Shown: positions 24,726 to 32,000, counted from the stretch's first letter. The stretch is 32,000 bases of DNA from Thermoproteus tenax Kra 1 (GCF_000253055.1 NC_016070.1:1140001-1172000), one strand, 5' to 3'. Notes: generated by a model not told the origin, from the letters alone. Numbers and translations: made by a program.

Positions 24726-25113
24726 AGCCCAACACCCTGTTGAGCTCCTCGGCGTTCTCTCCCATGTACTTTTCCAACATATTGATGGGCGCTGGATCCG
24801 TAAACAACACTCTGACACCCTCCGATGTGAAATAGTCGACGCTGGTCTGACACGCGGCCGTCGCTATTATGACTTCTACGTCGGGGAGCGCGTTTTCCCT
24901 CAGCCAGCTGTATTTAGCTACGCCGTGGGCGCGCGGCCCTACGTGGGCGTGCCCCTCGGTGTCTAGGTCCGAGGCTCTCGAGAGCGGGTTCTCCCTCACC
25001 TCCACGAGCCTTACGCCTCTGCCGTCGTATTCGTATATATAGAATTTATCGGCGTGGGCGAAGTGCCCCGGGAACACATAGCCGTCGGCCGACGCTGTAA
25101 TTCCCAGTTCCAT
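24715..25113 (-). CDS. NifB/NifX-like (dinitrogenase FeMo-cofactor biosynthesis domain) protein
   Basis: HFAHADKFYIYEY...VEVRENP...VEVIIATAACQTSVDYFTSEGVRV follows the Nitro_FeMo-Co domain pattern (HFG.a..f.iye...ev..NP...v.vvia...G..a...l...Gi.v), with a His-rich insert (TEGHAHVGPRAHG). Confidence 0.72.
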   Translation of the reverse strand: MELGITASADGYVFPGHFAHADKFYIYEYDGRGVRLVEVRENPLSRASDLDTEGHAHVGPRAHGVAKYSWLRENALPDVEVIIATAACQTSVDYFTSEGVRVLFTDPAPINMLEKYMGENAEELNRVLGYAD

Positions 25114-25130
25114 AGTTCTCTCTCGTTTTC

Positions 25131-25142
25131 TATATAAATAGA
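25131..25142. promoter_or_regulatory. Shared AT box (CTATATAAATAG) in a 57-nt divergent spacer
   Basis: Lies about 20-30 nt from ATG 25113 (minus strand) and about 30-40 nt from ATG 25171 (plus strand). A second box, CTATATTTG, is at about 25151-25159. Confidence 0.45.
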
Positions 25143-25170
25143 TATTCTACTATATTTGTAGTACGTTGAG

Positions 25171-26167
25171 ATGAACGCCTTGCACGAAATATACAGCTTA
25201 ATACGGACATCGACTGTGGAGCTCGTCATATTGCAGGCTCCGAGCGCGGAGAGATACGCCGACGCCCTACTTGGGCTCGTGTGCACTTGTAATTTGAGGG
25301 CGTTGGTCATCGCCAGAGGCGGAGTCGTGGCTCTGCCAGAGAGCTACAGAGAGCTGGGGCTCCGGGACGTCCTGGAGAAGGTCTGTGGAAGCTGCCTTGT
25401 AGTGGAGGGGACGGGCGAGAGCTACATCTTCTCGTTCATCCCTGTGAAGATGGGCCTCCAGAGTCTGGCCCAGCTCGCGGCGCAGATGTGCGGGGGCGTT
25501 GTCTCGCTGGCCGCGCGCGCTGGCGAGCCTGGCCGAGAGGCTCGCCGAGGGGGCCGACGTAGGGCACGCAGTCAGCGACTTGGAGGCCCGGAGGCTGGAG
25601 AGACACTTCCCTCAAGCCGATGGCAAGATCGCTGTGCTTCCCAACGGAGTCTGCGGAGACGTCCTCGCCGCTAGGGGCAGAGGGCCCAGGGGCGACTACC
25701 TCATCTACGCCGGGAGGATCGAGAGATATAAAAGGCTGGAGACGGCCGTGGAGCTCGCCGCAGAGCTGGCCCGGGGAGGCGCCGCCTCGCGGCTTCTTAT
25801 AGTCGGAGGCGGGCCGCACGCAGAGAGGGTGAGGAGATACGCCGAGAGGGGGACGCCGGGCCTCGTCGAGTTCTCTGGGCCGCTCCCCAGGGAGGAGTAC
25901 ATAGATCTGCTCTCCCGCGCGTTGGCCACAGTGAACCCCAGCGAGGATGAGGCGTACAGCATATTCACCGCCGAGGCTCTCGCGGCGGGCGTGCCTGCGG
26001 CCGTCTCCCGGGCCTTGGCGGAGGTCTTCCCGTGCCGCGCCGAGGCGCCGGACACCTGGAGGCGCGCTCTGGAGAGGCTCGGGCTGGTGTACTTGGCCCC
26101 AAGGTGCGAGATTAAGGCATGGGAGGAGGTAGTGGACGAGCTGGCCCGGCGCATCTACGGCCTATGA
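25171..26167 (+). pseudogene. GT4-family glycosyltransferase interrupted by a frameshift at a G5 run
   Basis: ORF 25171..25674 (N-terminal Rossmann-like part) and ORF 25499..26167 (GT4 C-domain: IYAGRIERYKR, E-x7-E in SEDEAYSIFTAEALAAGVP) lie in frames +1 and +2. The second frame is open only from 25448, and the G5 run at 25492-25496 sits in the junction. Removing one G joins the two halves (..AQMCGALSRWPRALASLAERL..). Confidence 0.65.
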
Positions 26168-26257
26168 ACTTGAGGGCCGCGGCGCGAGGCCGGCCCGGCC
26201 TCCGGAGGGCGCGCCGCAACGTAGCCCCGTGGGCATAGGGATATCTCCGAAAAGCTT

Positions 26258-26311
26258 GGCGGACGCCTTATTGGAGAGAGGCGGATAGCTGGAGCTCGGC
26301 GTCCGCCTTTT
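26258..26311 (+). terminator. Perfect 10-bp inverted repeat with 30-nt loop followed by TTTT
   Basis: GGCGGACGCC (26258-26267) pairs with GGCGTCCGCC (26298-26307), then TTTT (26308-26311). It lies 91 nt downstream of the GT4 stop. Terminator function is inference; archaeal termination mainly needs T-tracts. Confidence 0.3.
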
Positions 26312-26610
26312 GGTCTGAGCACGGATGTGTCTGACTAGGCAGCTTGCGCCTTCGCTGGACTATACGAGGCGTCTTTTCGGTATTACGGTCACGCGGCGCT
26401 CCTTTATAGGTCTTCAGCCCTTTGGAGCCTCCATTGTTCTGTCGCCGTTGTATCGCCCTTTCTTGGGTAGGGCCAGGAACTCGGCTCCGGCGCATTTCGC
26501 CGTATGGTCCCAGCGTTTTGCGAGTGGGCGTTCTGTGGCTTCTATATTGCAATACTTCCAGTTGTCACTCGCAAATGGTAGCCATAGCCACTTGCTAAAT
26601 GTATTCAGTC

Positions 26611-27564
26611 TTAATGTTTCAATAAATATAAAAATGTATTATAGCTGATCGCATATATCGTAGCTAATAACCTAGGCAAAGTCTTCTTTCTCATTATAGC
26701 TATATTTGCAAGCAAATATGCGAGTATTGATAGATCGGCCCCCAATCTCCTCAGCCTGAAGTACATGCTGGCTCTATCAAAATGGATCCAAAATTCGTCC
26801 CAAAAGCCAGACCTCCTTGTCAACGAGTCTCTGTGGCTCTCGATATGCCAAGCGATCGGGGCCTTCCCCCTGTCTAAAACCATATAGCTATTGTATCCTT
26901 TATTGACCACGTAGTATGCCATAAATGCCTCAAAGTGAAACGCCTTGCGGCTCTCCGAATAATAGCGGGTTAGATCTAGGTCTTGGATAAGCTCACGTCG
27001 GAAGCCCATATTGTTGCCCGATATCAACACAGTCTTTATGACGTCGCCAGACGCGCACAATCTAGCGCCTGGAAAACCGCTTACCGACAGCCACCTACAG
27101 TAATCTGCCAACTTTCTGAGAGGTCTCCTATAGGGCGCGTTCGTTGTAACATCTTGGCTGAATAGAGATTCGTCCGATAGAGTTATTGTCCCATCGGCGA
27201 TAAACGCCTTATACGTCAGACCGCCTATTGCGCCTGCATCTTTCAATTCTCTAAATAGGTCGATATATCTCTTGGTCCACTCTGGATGAGGCACAGCGTC
27301 ATCGTCGATGAACAACACTATATCGCCGGATGCCTCCCTAATACCCGCGGCGTAAGCCGCGGGAGCGTAGCCCTCCCTCTGGATTATCAACTTAATATTC
27401 AGTTTATCCCTGTATCTCTCGATTATCTCCTCGCTGCCGTCGCCAGACGGCTTGAGCACGAAAATGACCTCGTCAGGTCTGAGGATTTGGTTGACCAATC
27501 CTTCGAGCAAATACGGCAACGCCCACGCGCGTCTGTAGGTGGGGACGACGACGGATGTCCTCAT
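26611..27564 (-). CDS. GT2-family glycosyltransferase
   Basis: VVVPTYRRAWALPYLLEGLVNQ...DEVIFV and FIDDDAVPHPEW (DxD) are hallmarks of the GT-A/GT2 N-terminal domain. Confidence 0.85.
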   Translation of the reverse strand: MRTSVVVPTYRRAWALPYLLEGLVNQILRPDEVIFVLKPSGDGSEEIIERYRDKLNIKLIIQREGYAPAAYAAGIREASGDIVLFIDDDAVPHPEWTKRYIDLFRELKDAGAIGGLTYKAFIADGTITLSDESLFSQDVTTNAPYRRPLRKLADYCRWLSVSGFPGARLCASGDVIKTVLISGNNMGFRRELIQDLDLTRYYSESRKAFHFEAFMAYYVVNKGYNSYMVLDRGKAPIAWHIESHRDSLTRRSGFWDEFWIHFDRASMYFRLRRLGADLSILAYLLANIAIMRKKTLPRLLATIYAISYNTFLYLLKH

Positions 27565-27568
27565 GGCG

Positions 27569-28444
27569 CTAGCCCACTACGTTGCCCAAGTTCCTGCCGA
27601 TGGACATCAGATACTTAAACATATATCTCCTAAACTCGCCGAGCCCAAACTCCCTAACTAGGCCTCTGCCGAACTGGAAGTGCGCCGCGGCCACAAGGAG
27701 CTCGGTGGCCCTGCCCAGAGTCGAGCCGTGGTGCATGTGGTGGCTCCCTATAGTCCAGGGCACTTCTCTGATGCCCATTAAGTGGGCTATTACGCCCAAC
27801 AGGGTCTCATCGCTGATGAAGTTCCTCAGCCAAGGATCCACTCTGTTCAGCGCTCTCTCGACTCTATCTATTATCTCTGGATCGGGCAATCTGCTGAACC
27901 CGAGCACTTGTTTGGGCCCTATGAAGAACACCGAGCCCCCTCTGAAGAGACCCCGTATTGAGCCCTCGTAGACCTTGTACGCATATATCGGCTTTTTGGC
28001 CCCGTTGATCTCGAGCTCGCCGATCTTTCTGCTCCTGGCCAAGAAGTGGTGGGGGCCCCTGCTCCAGGCCTCCTCGTCGATTATCCCATATATCGGATAC
28101 TTGCTCAGATTTCTGTGGATCTCGGGGAGGTCCTGCCCCACCAGGTTGTCGCTGTCCACGACAACAACCTCGTCGTTGAACTCGCGGAAGTCCCTCAACA
28201 TGGTCGTCCACGTGTTGTTTCTATTCCTCCAGTTGCCGAATCTGACCTCGATAGTCTCAGGCACGGCCCGCGCCACTATCTCCTTCTGTTTTTCGTGAAA
28301 AATATTATCAATATAAACAATAGCATTTTTTGGTTTTAATATTTCGATATTTTTTGTGAAATATATAGTAATTTCATGAATTCTATAGAAAGGTAGATAT
28401 GTGGACAAGATCATGACGCTAGGATCCTCCCCATTAATAAGCAT
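27569..28444 (-). CDS. Hypothetical protein, possibly a divergent GT-A-fold glycosyltransferase
   Basis: 291 aa, sitting between two GT genes with gaps of 4 and 40 nt. VVVVDSDNLV at about residue 95 is positioned like a GT-A DxD motif. No family recognised. The 5' third is AT-rich. Confidence 0.5.
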   Translation of the reverse strand: MLINGEDPSVMILSTYLPFYRIHEITIYFTKNIEILKPKNAIVYIDNIFHEKQKEIVARAVPETIEVRFGNWRNRNNTWTTMLRDFREFNDEVVVVDSDNLVGQDLPEIHRNLSKYPIYGIIDEEAWSRGPHHFLARSRKIGELEINGAKKPIYAYKVYEGSIRGLFRGGSVFFIGPKQVLGFSRLPDPEIIDRVERALNRVDPWLRNFISDETLLGVIAHLMGIREVPWTIGSHHMHHGSTLGRATELLVAAAHFQFGRGLVREFGLGEFRRYMFKYLMSIGRNLGNVVG

Positions 28445-28484
28445 TGAGCCGAGTGGCGGGCCTCCGCCGCCCGGCAGACGGCGC

Positions 28485-29702
28485 TCATCTGGCGACTAGT
28501 TCTAGGAGCGCCTTGGCGAAATGGGGATAAGTCAGCCCGGCTGCCCTCTCAGCCGGATTTATCTTCAACTCTTGAGTCAACGCTTTGGCCAGAGCCTCCG
28601 CGGCCTCCTCGGCCGTCGTATAGCCTAGGCCGTATCTACCCTCCATGACGAGGTCTGTCCAGGCGCCCCCCGACTTGTGCACCACAGGCGTGAGGCCTCG
28701 GGCCATGGCCTCCGCCACAGCTATGCCCCAGTGTTCGTTTATGGTGGCGTGGAGGAAGGCCCTGGCTTTGTCCATGGCGTCGTTTATGAGGCGGCGGGGG
28801 GCGTTGGCTATTAGGTAGACGTCGGCATCGGCGCCGAGGTCCTCCGCCGTCTTCAGCCCAACGCCGGCGGCCAACTTCCTAACCCTCTCCCTGTAGGCCT
28901 GCAGCGTCGGGGTCGCCGCGCCGCCGAAGATGACGATCTTAGCGCCGGGGACCTCCTTGATGAGCCGCGGCGCGACCTCTGTCACGACCCAGTGGTAGCG
29001 CTTCTCTTGAGAGAAGCGTCCCAACATGACCACCCAAGGTCTCCTCTCCTCGAAGGGCCTCGGCCTCTCTACTACCTCCACGTTGGGCGGCAACGGTGGA
29101 TTGAGGACGCGGGGCTCCTGGCCGTACACAAGCTTGGCCACCTGCGCCGTCCATTTGGAGTTGGTGAGGACTACGTCGGCGTAGCGGAAGGGGTTGTCTC
29201 GGGCGTACCTGGGGAGCAGACTCGTAAATATCCTCCAGTATATGTTCAACGGAAATCTGCCGTACCTCTCCACGATGTAGGGGTCCTCGCTGAACTTATC
29301 CCTCAGCTCCCTCAGGTCGCTCCTCACATATACCTCCAGAGGGAAGTGGATATACTCAATAAGCCTGAAGGACTTGTCAGCGGCGATGGGCTTGTAGGCG
29401 GCATCGTCGATAAACAGCACCTCGGGCCTGTACCTCTCTATGGCCCTCTTTGCTGGCATCCACATGAGCAATCGGCTCCACAGCCCGAAGGCCCTTGGCC
29501 CCACGGGCATTGTTATGGTGGGATACTTGGCCAGATCGATCCCGTACCACTCAATATAGCGGCTAGGGTCGAACTTGAATGTGCCCGTCAGGACGGGCTT
29601 GTAGCCGCCCTCGTCCAGCGCCTTGGCGGCGGCCGCACAAACAAGCTGGCCTCCCCCCGGCGAGCCCCAGTAGCGGTGGGCGACGACGGCGTAGCGCTCC
29701 AT
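28485..29702 (-). CDS. GT4-family glycosyltransferase
   Basis: C-terminal NEHWGIAVAEAMARGLTPVV (E-x7-E) and RFSQEKRY. I prefer ATG 29702 (MERYAVVAH...) because TAAAGATATATG (29722-29733) is centred 26 nt upstream. ATG 29714 from the track would be only 14 nt from that box. Confidence 0.85.
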   Translation of the reverse strand: MERYAVVAHRYWGSPGGGQLVCAAAAKALDEGGYKPVLTGTFKFDPSRYIEWYGIDLAKYPTITMPVGPRAFGLWSRLLMWMPAKRAIERYRPEVLFIDDAAYKPIAADKSFRLIEYIHFPLEVYVRSDLRELRDKFSEDPYIVERYGRFPLNIYWRIFTSLLPRYARDNPFRYADVVLTNSKWTAQVAKLVYGQEPRVLNPPLPPNVEVVERPRPFEERRPWVVMLGRFSQEKRYHWVVTEVAPRLIKEVPGAKIVIFGGAATPTLQAYRERVRKLAAGVGLKTAEDLGADADVYLIANAPRRLINDAMDKARAFLHATINEHWGIAVAEAMARGLTPVVHKSGGAWTDLVMEGRYGLGYTTAEEAAEALAKALTQELKINPAERAAGLTYPHFAKALLELVAR

Positions 29703-29721
29703 GGCGTAGCTCATCTGCTGG

Positions 29722-29733
29722 CATATATCTTTA
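29722..29733 (-). promoter_or_regulatory. TATA-like box for the three-gene glycosyltransferase operon
   Basis: The minus strand reads TAAAGATATATG, centred about 26 nt upstream of ATG 29702. Confidence 0.5.
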
Positions 29734-30073
29734 ACGGGGTCCCGCGGCCTGCGTCCTCCGGCCCCTCAGCTCGCCGCTAGGCCGCGGCGCCGCTCTCTCC
29801 AAGCGCCCTCGGCTCTCCAACGTAGGTGCCGCTCCATCCGAGCCCTCTTGCGCTAGGCGGTCAAGCTGCGCCACCTGCCAGACGCTTGTCGGGCCTTCGA
29901 GCTAGACCTACGCAAGCCTCAGTGCAGACGCGGTGTGGCGAATCGGCAATAGAATGCCGCCTCCGGCCACAGAGACTGGCGGAGTTCCTCTAGCCGCATG
30001 CGCTCTTCACCAACTCCTTCGCAACTTCTAGAAGTCCCTCGGCGATGTCTCTGGCGTATCTATGCGGCAGGTG

Positions 30074-30093
30074 TAAAATTATAAGTTAAATAA
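30074..30093. promoter_or_regulatory. Orphan AT-rich promoter-like element (TAAAATTATAAGTTAAATAA) with no adjacent credible ORF
   Basis: A 20-nt, 95% A/T block isolated within about 780 nt of GC-rich ORF-poor sequence. Everywhere else in the window, blocks like this sit about 24 nt from a gene start. Confidence 0.4.
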
Positions 30094-30511
30094 CTTCGGG
30101 CCGGTTTCCGGCTTCTGGTTCGGGGCAGTTGAATTTGGCGCCGCGCGGCGGAGCCTTGGGGCACCGCCTAGGGCCTTGAGCTGTGCAGTTTGGCCGGCTT
30201 AGGTCGCGCCGACCGTTGAGGTGTTTCGGATGCAGCGAAGTCCGTCGATCTCCGCCGGCTTTTCACGGGCCTTTGTCCCCACCGGCTTGTTCTACTATGT
30301 GGGGCAGCTCCCGCGAGGCTATGGGTCCGATCTCCTGCGTAACCTCGTGGCCTGTAGCAGGCTCGCGTCTGCTGTCGCTAGGATTATGCGGCTTTAGTTG
30401 TGGGTTGCCAAGACGGCGGTCGCCGTGTGGCGTCCGCAACCCCGCCCGAGGAGGGAGACGAGGGTGCGCCCGTTTGATTTTCATCGGCTCTGTAGGGGTG
30501 GGATGAGGGGA

Positions 30512-31489
30512 TTATAGGGTTTTAGCCACCGCGTCCCTCAACGCCGGCCAGTGCCAGGCGTAGCGCTCGCCGATGCCGATAACGGGGTCCCTCGGCGGCT
30601 TCCCGCCGGCGATTGTCTCCGTCAGCTCCAGCACCTTGTTGTACTTGTAGAGTAGCCTTTCTAGTCTCTCGGCCCCCGGCTGGTCGAGGACATCTGGGTC
30701 CTCCGTCGCGCGTCTGAGCAGTTCGACAGCTCCGAGCTTGGCGGCTTCTCTCGCCATCTTGTCCACCCTCTCCCTCTTGACGATGGCCTTAATGTACCTC
30801 TCCACGTCCCAGCCCAGCTCCATCAAGTCGCCCGCGCACCTCGGGTTTCCTCCGCACGTGCGCCACAGCGCCTCGAAGTCTATAGGCGGGCTCAACGCCT
30901 CGTGGAGCTCCCTGAACTCCTCCCGCGCCAGGTTCCAGACCATGTACGGATCGGCGTAGCCCTTGGGGAGTATCCTCTCAACGGCGGTGTACTCAGAGGT
31001 TATGAGGACGACGTTGTATATCTTGTCCCTCAACCCCTCGTCCCTCATCGTCGGGTGCTCCATTAGGTCCATGAAGTATTTGACCCAGCCGACCGGGTCC
31101 TCTCTATACGCGCGGTGGAACTCGTCCACGATGAGGAGTATGTCCTTGGAGGTCTTCTCCGCAAAGTATAGGGCTATGTCCACCGCGGTTCTGGCCAGGA
31201 ACTCGCCTACTTCGCCGGCCACCGCCTTCGCGAATATCGAAAGCGCCTCCTTCAGCCACTGCACCGCGTTTGTGAAGAGGGCGTTCTTAGCCCTCTTCGC
31301 TCTCGCGTTTATGTAGAGGACCACTACGTCTCCGCCGAAGAGCTCCTCCGCCCTCTCGGCCACTCTCTGCGCCAGCGTCGTCTTGCCGCAGCCGAGGGGG
31401 CCGTAGAGGAGGAAGGGGTAGGTGTGTTGCATGCGCATGACGTCCCTAAACCACCCGAGCTCGCGGGAGCGGCCGACGAAGATGTGCAC
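30512..31489 (-). CDS. Archaeal-type AAA ATPase (Arch_ATPase/PF01637-like)
   Basis: The N-terminal FVGRSRELGWF opening is typical of this family (FvdRe.El..L). Walker A is LYGPLGCGKTT and Walker B is LLIVDEFH. GTG start, with CAAATTTAAAAC (31507-31518) about 24 nt upstream. Confidence 0.8.
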   Translation of the reverse strand: MHIFVGRSRELGWFRDVMRMQHTYPFLLYGPLGCGKTTLAQRVAERAEELFGGDVVVLYINARAKRAKNALFTNAVQWLKEALSIFAKAVAGEVGEFLARTAVDIALYFAEKTSKDILLIVDEFHRAYREDPVGWVKYFMDLMEHPTMRDEGLRDKIYNVVLITSEYTAVERILPKGYADPYMVWNLAREEFRELHEALSPPIDFEALWRTCGGNPRCAGDLMELGWDVERYIKAIVKRERVDKMAREAAKLGAVELLRRATEDPDVLDQPGAERLERLLYKYNKVLELTETIAGGKPPRDPVIGIGERYAWHWPALRDAVAKTL

Positions 31490-31506
31490 GTCTCCTCCTG
31501 TAGCTT

Positions 31507-31518
31507 GTTTTAAATTTG
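31507..31518 (-). promoter_or_regulatory. TATA-like box for the AAA ATPase gene
   Basis: The minus strand reads CAAATTTAAAAC, centred about 24 nt upstream of GTG 31489. Confidence 0.45.
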
Positions 31519-32000
31519 TATAACGTTTTACTTATGCCAAGGATGGTGTGGGGTCTCGCGTTGTGGCGGTCTACGGCCCTTCCGACGGCTGTTGGACCTT
31601 TTTAGCCCGCTCCTGGCCTTCTGGGCGAGGTGCCTTATGTCTCTTTCGACGTCACGTATGTCTGTGTAGCGGCTTGCGACCCCCTCTGGGTCTAGCCCGC
31701 TGTATTGGAACTCGCGGTTATCGCCAGGTCTGTAAGATACACTATCTACACGCCGTATATGTCTGCCAAGATAGATGCGACTTCTCTCGTCCGGGTCGTC
31801 GGCATATATGCGATGATTATATCCGACTTTTGCCTGGGTTCTCCTGTTTTATCTTTCACAATTCCGCCGAATCCGTCGGCGATCGCATCTCTGTTTTGTG
31901 CCGCGGCGGCCGCCAGAAGCGCCTTCCAAGCCTACCACGCCTTGCCTGCGGCGTTTCTCGCAAGGCCCTGCTCCAGTTGATGGCGAGCTCCGCCTCTAAC

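Noticed and set aside
26268-26648. Track ORFs 26268..26552 (-) and 26325..26648 (+).
   Set aside because: Junk-like composition and mutually antisense. The plus ORF runs into the GT2 gene tail, and neither has a promoter box.
45-29780. Many long antisense or out-of-frame ORFs: 45..506, 491..859, 1094..1798, 2851..3243, 3104..3460, 3770..4177, 4997..5455, 6952..7497, 7018..7464, 13156..13611, 13265..13924, 15044..15478, 15829..16482, 18183..18806, 18942..19433, 19577..20098, 19761..20273, 25436..25819, 25705..26154, 27582..27971 and 28992..29780.
   Set aside because: Each lies opposite or out of frame to a gene with strong family motifs. Their translations are dominated by Arg/Pro/Gly/Ser/Ala, as expected for stop-poor shadow frames in GC-rich DNA.
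30095-30482. Tested whether the ORF-free GC-rich stretch is SRP (7S) RNA or RNase P RNA.
   Set aside because: SRP RNA: no helix-8 GGAA/AGCA loop pair, and the CCUGUAG-like hairpin is in the wrong (3') half. RNase P RNA: a CGGCUUA-like word (30195-30201) and a GAAGUCCG-like word (30236-30243) occur in the wrong order for CR-I/CR-V, and no GAGGAAAGUCC is present. It is kept only as an unclassified candidate.
30183-30506. Track ORFs 30183..30506 (+) and 30263..30484 (-).
   Set aside because: Their translations are Arg/Pro/Gly/Cys-rich with no hydrophobic core pattern. There is no promoter box at the right distance, and they overlap each other antisense.
31705-31980. Track ORF 31705..31980 (+), 91 aa.
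   Set aside because: Low-complexity Ala/Ser/Ile sequence antisense to the more protein-like (but decayed) minus-strand frames, with no promoter box.
31932-32000. Possible 3' end of a minus-strand gene entering from beyond the window (..VRGGARHQLEQGLARNAAGKAW*).
   Set aside because: Only 22 codons are visible, too little to support a call.
1-32000. Scan for CRISPR arrays, tRNA and rRNA genes.
   Set aside because: No regularly spaced 24-40-nt direct repeats were seen. No T-arm words such as GGTTCGAATCC or GGTTCAAATCC were seen, and no rRNA-like conserved blocks. This was an eye scan only; tRNAscan-SE, Infernal and a CRISPR finder should confirm it.

Overview
This is a 32-kb GC-rich segment (about 55-60% G+C by eye). 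AT-rich TATA-type boxes sit about 24 nt upstream of start codons (leaderless style), and many genes overlap by 4 nt (ATGA/GTGA). Together with the gene content, this points to a hyperthermophilic crenarchaeon of the Thermoproteales (Thermoproteus/Pyrobaculum-like). All family calls come from motif recognition by eye; no similarity search was run.

I can support about 33 protein-coding genes, in window order:
- dph2 (5'-truncated by the window edge), an M1 aminopeptidase, and a ParA/MinD-like ATPase.
- A frameshifted CoA-disulfide reductase/NADH oxidase.
- The msc-gt-tpsp trehalose operon known from Thermoproteus tenax.
- An orphan class-III-signal-peptide pilin-like gene.
- A HEPN-MNT toxin-antitoxin pair and a DUF504 protein.
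- A ThiW-type ECF transporter operon.
- A C2-compound island: lactate/glycolate permease, GlcD-like flavoenzyme, split GlcF-like Fe-S subunits, malate synthase, and a DAO-family oxidase.
- A CoA-binding protein and a NifX-like + CDGSH pair.
- A four-gene glycosyltransferase region, one gene frameshifted.
- An archaeal-type AAA ATPase next to decayed ORF fragments.

I found no rRNA, tRNA, CRISPR array or intact mobile element.

The items most worth a second look:
1. The ECF operon carries an extra, unassigned P-loop NTPase and a miniaturised fused EcfAA'.
2. An ORF-poor gap of about 780 nt (29734-30511) has an orphan promoter-like AT box and a downstream T-tract.
3. A phase-locked 12-nt tandem repeat array lies in the 418-nt spacer upstream of thiW.
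4. The glyoxylate-producing and glyoxylate-consuming gene island.
5. A 266-bp divergent control region of about 15% G+C contains two perfect palindromes.

Several ORF-track starts look over-extended. I re-assigned them using the TATA-to-start spacing.
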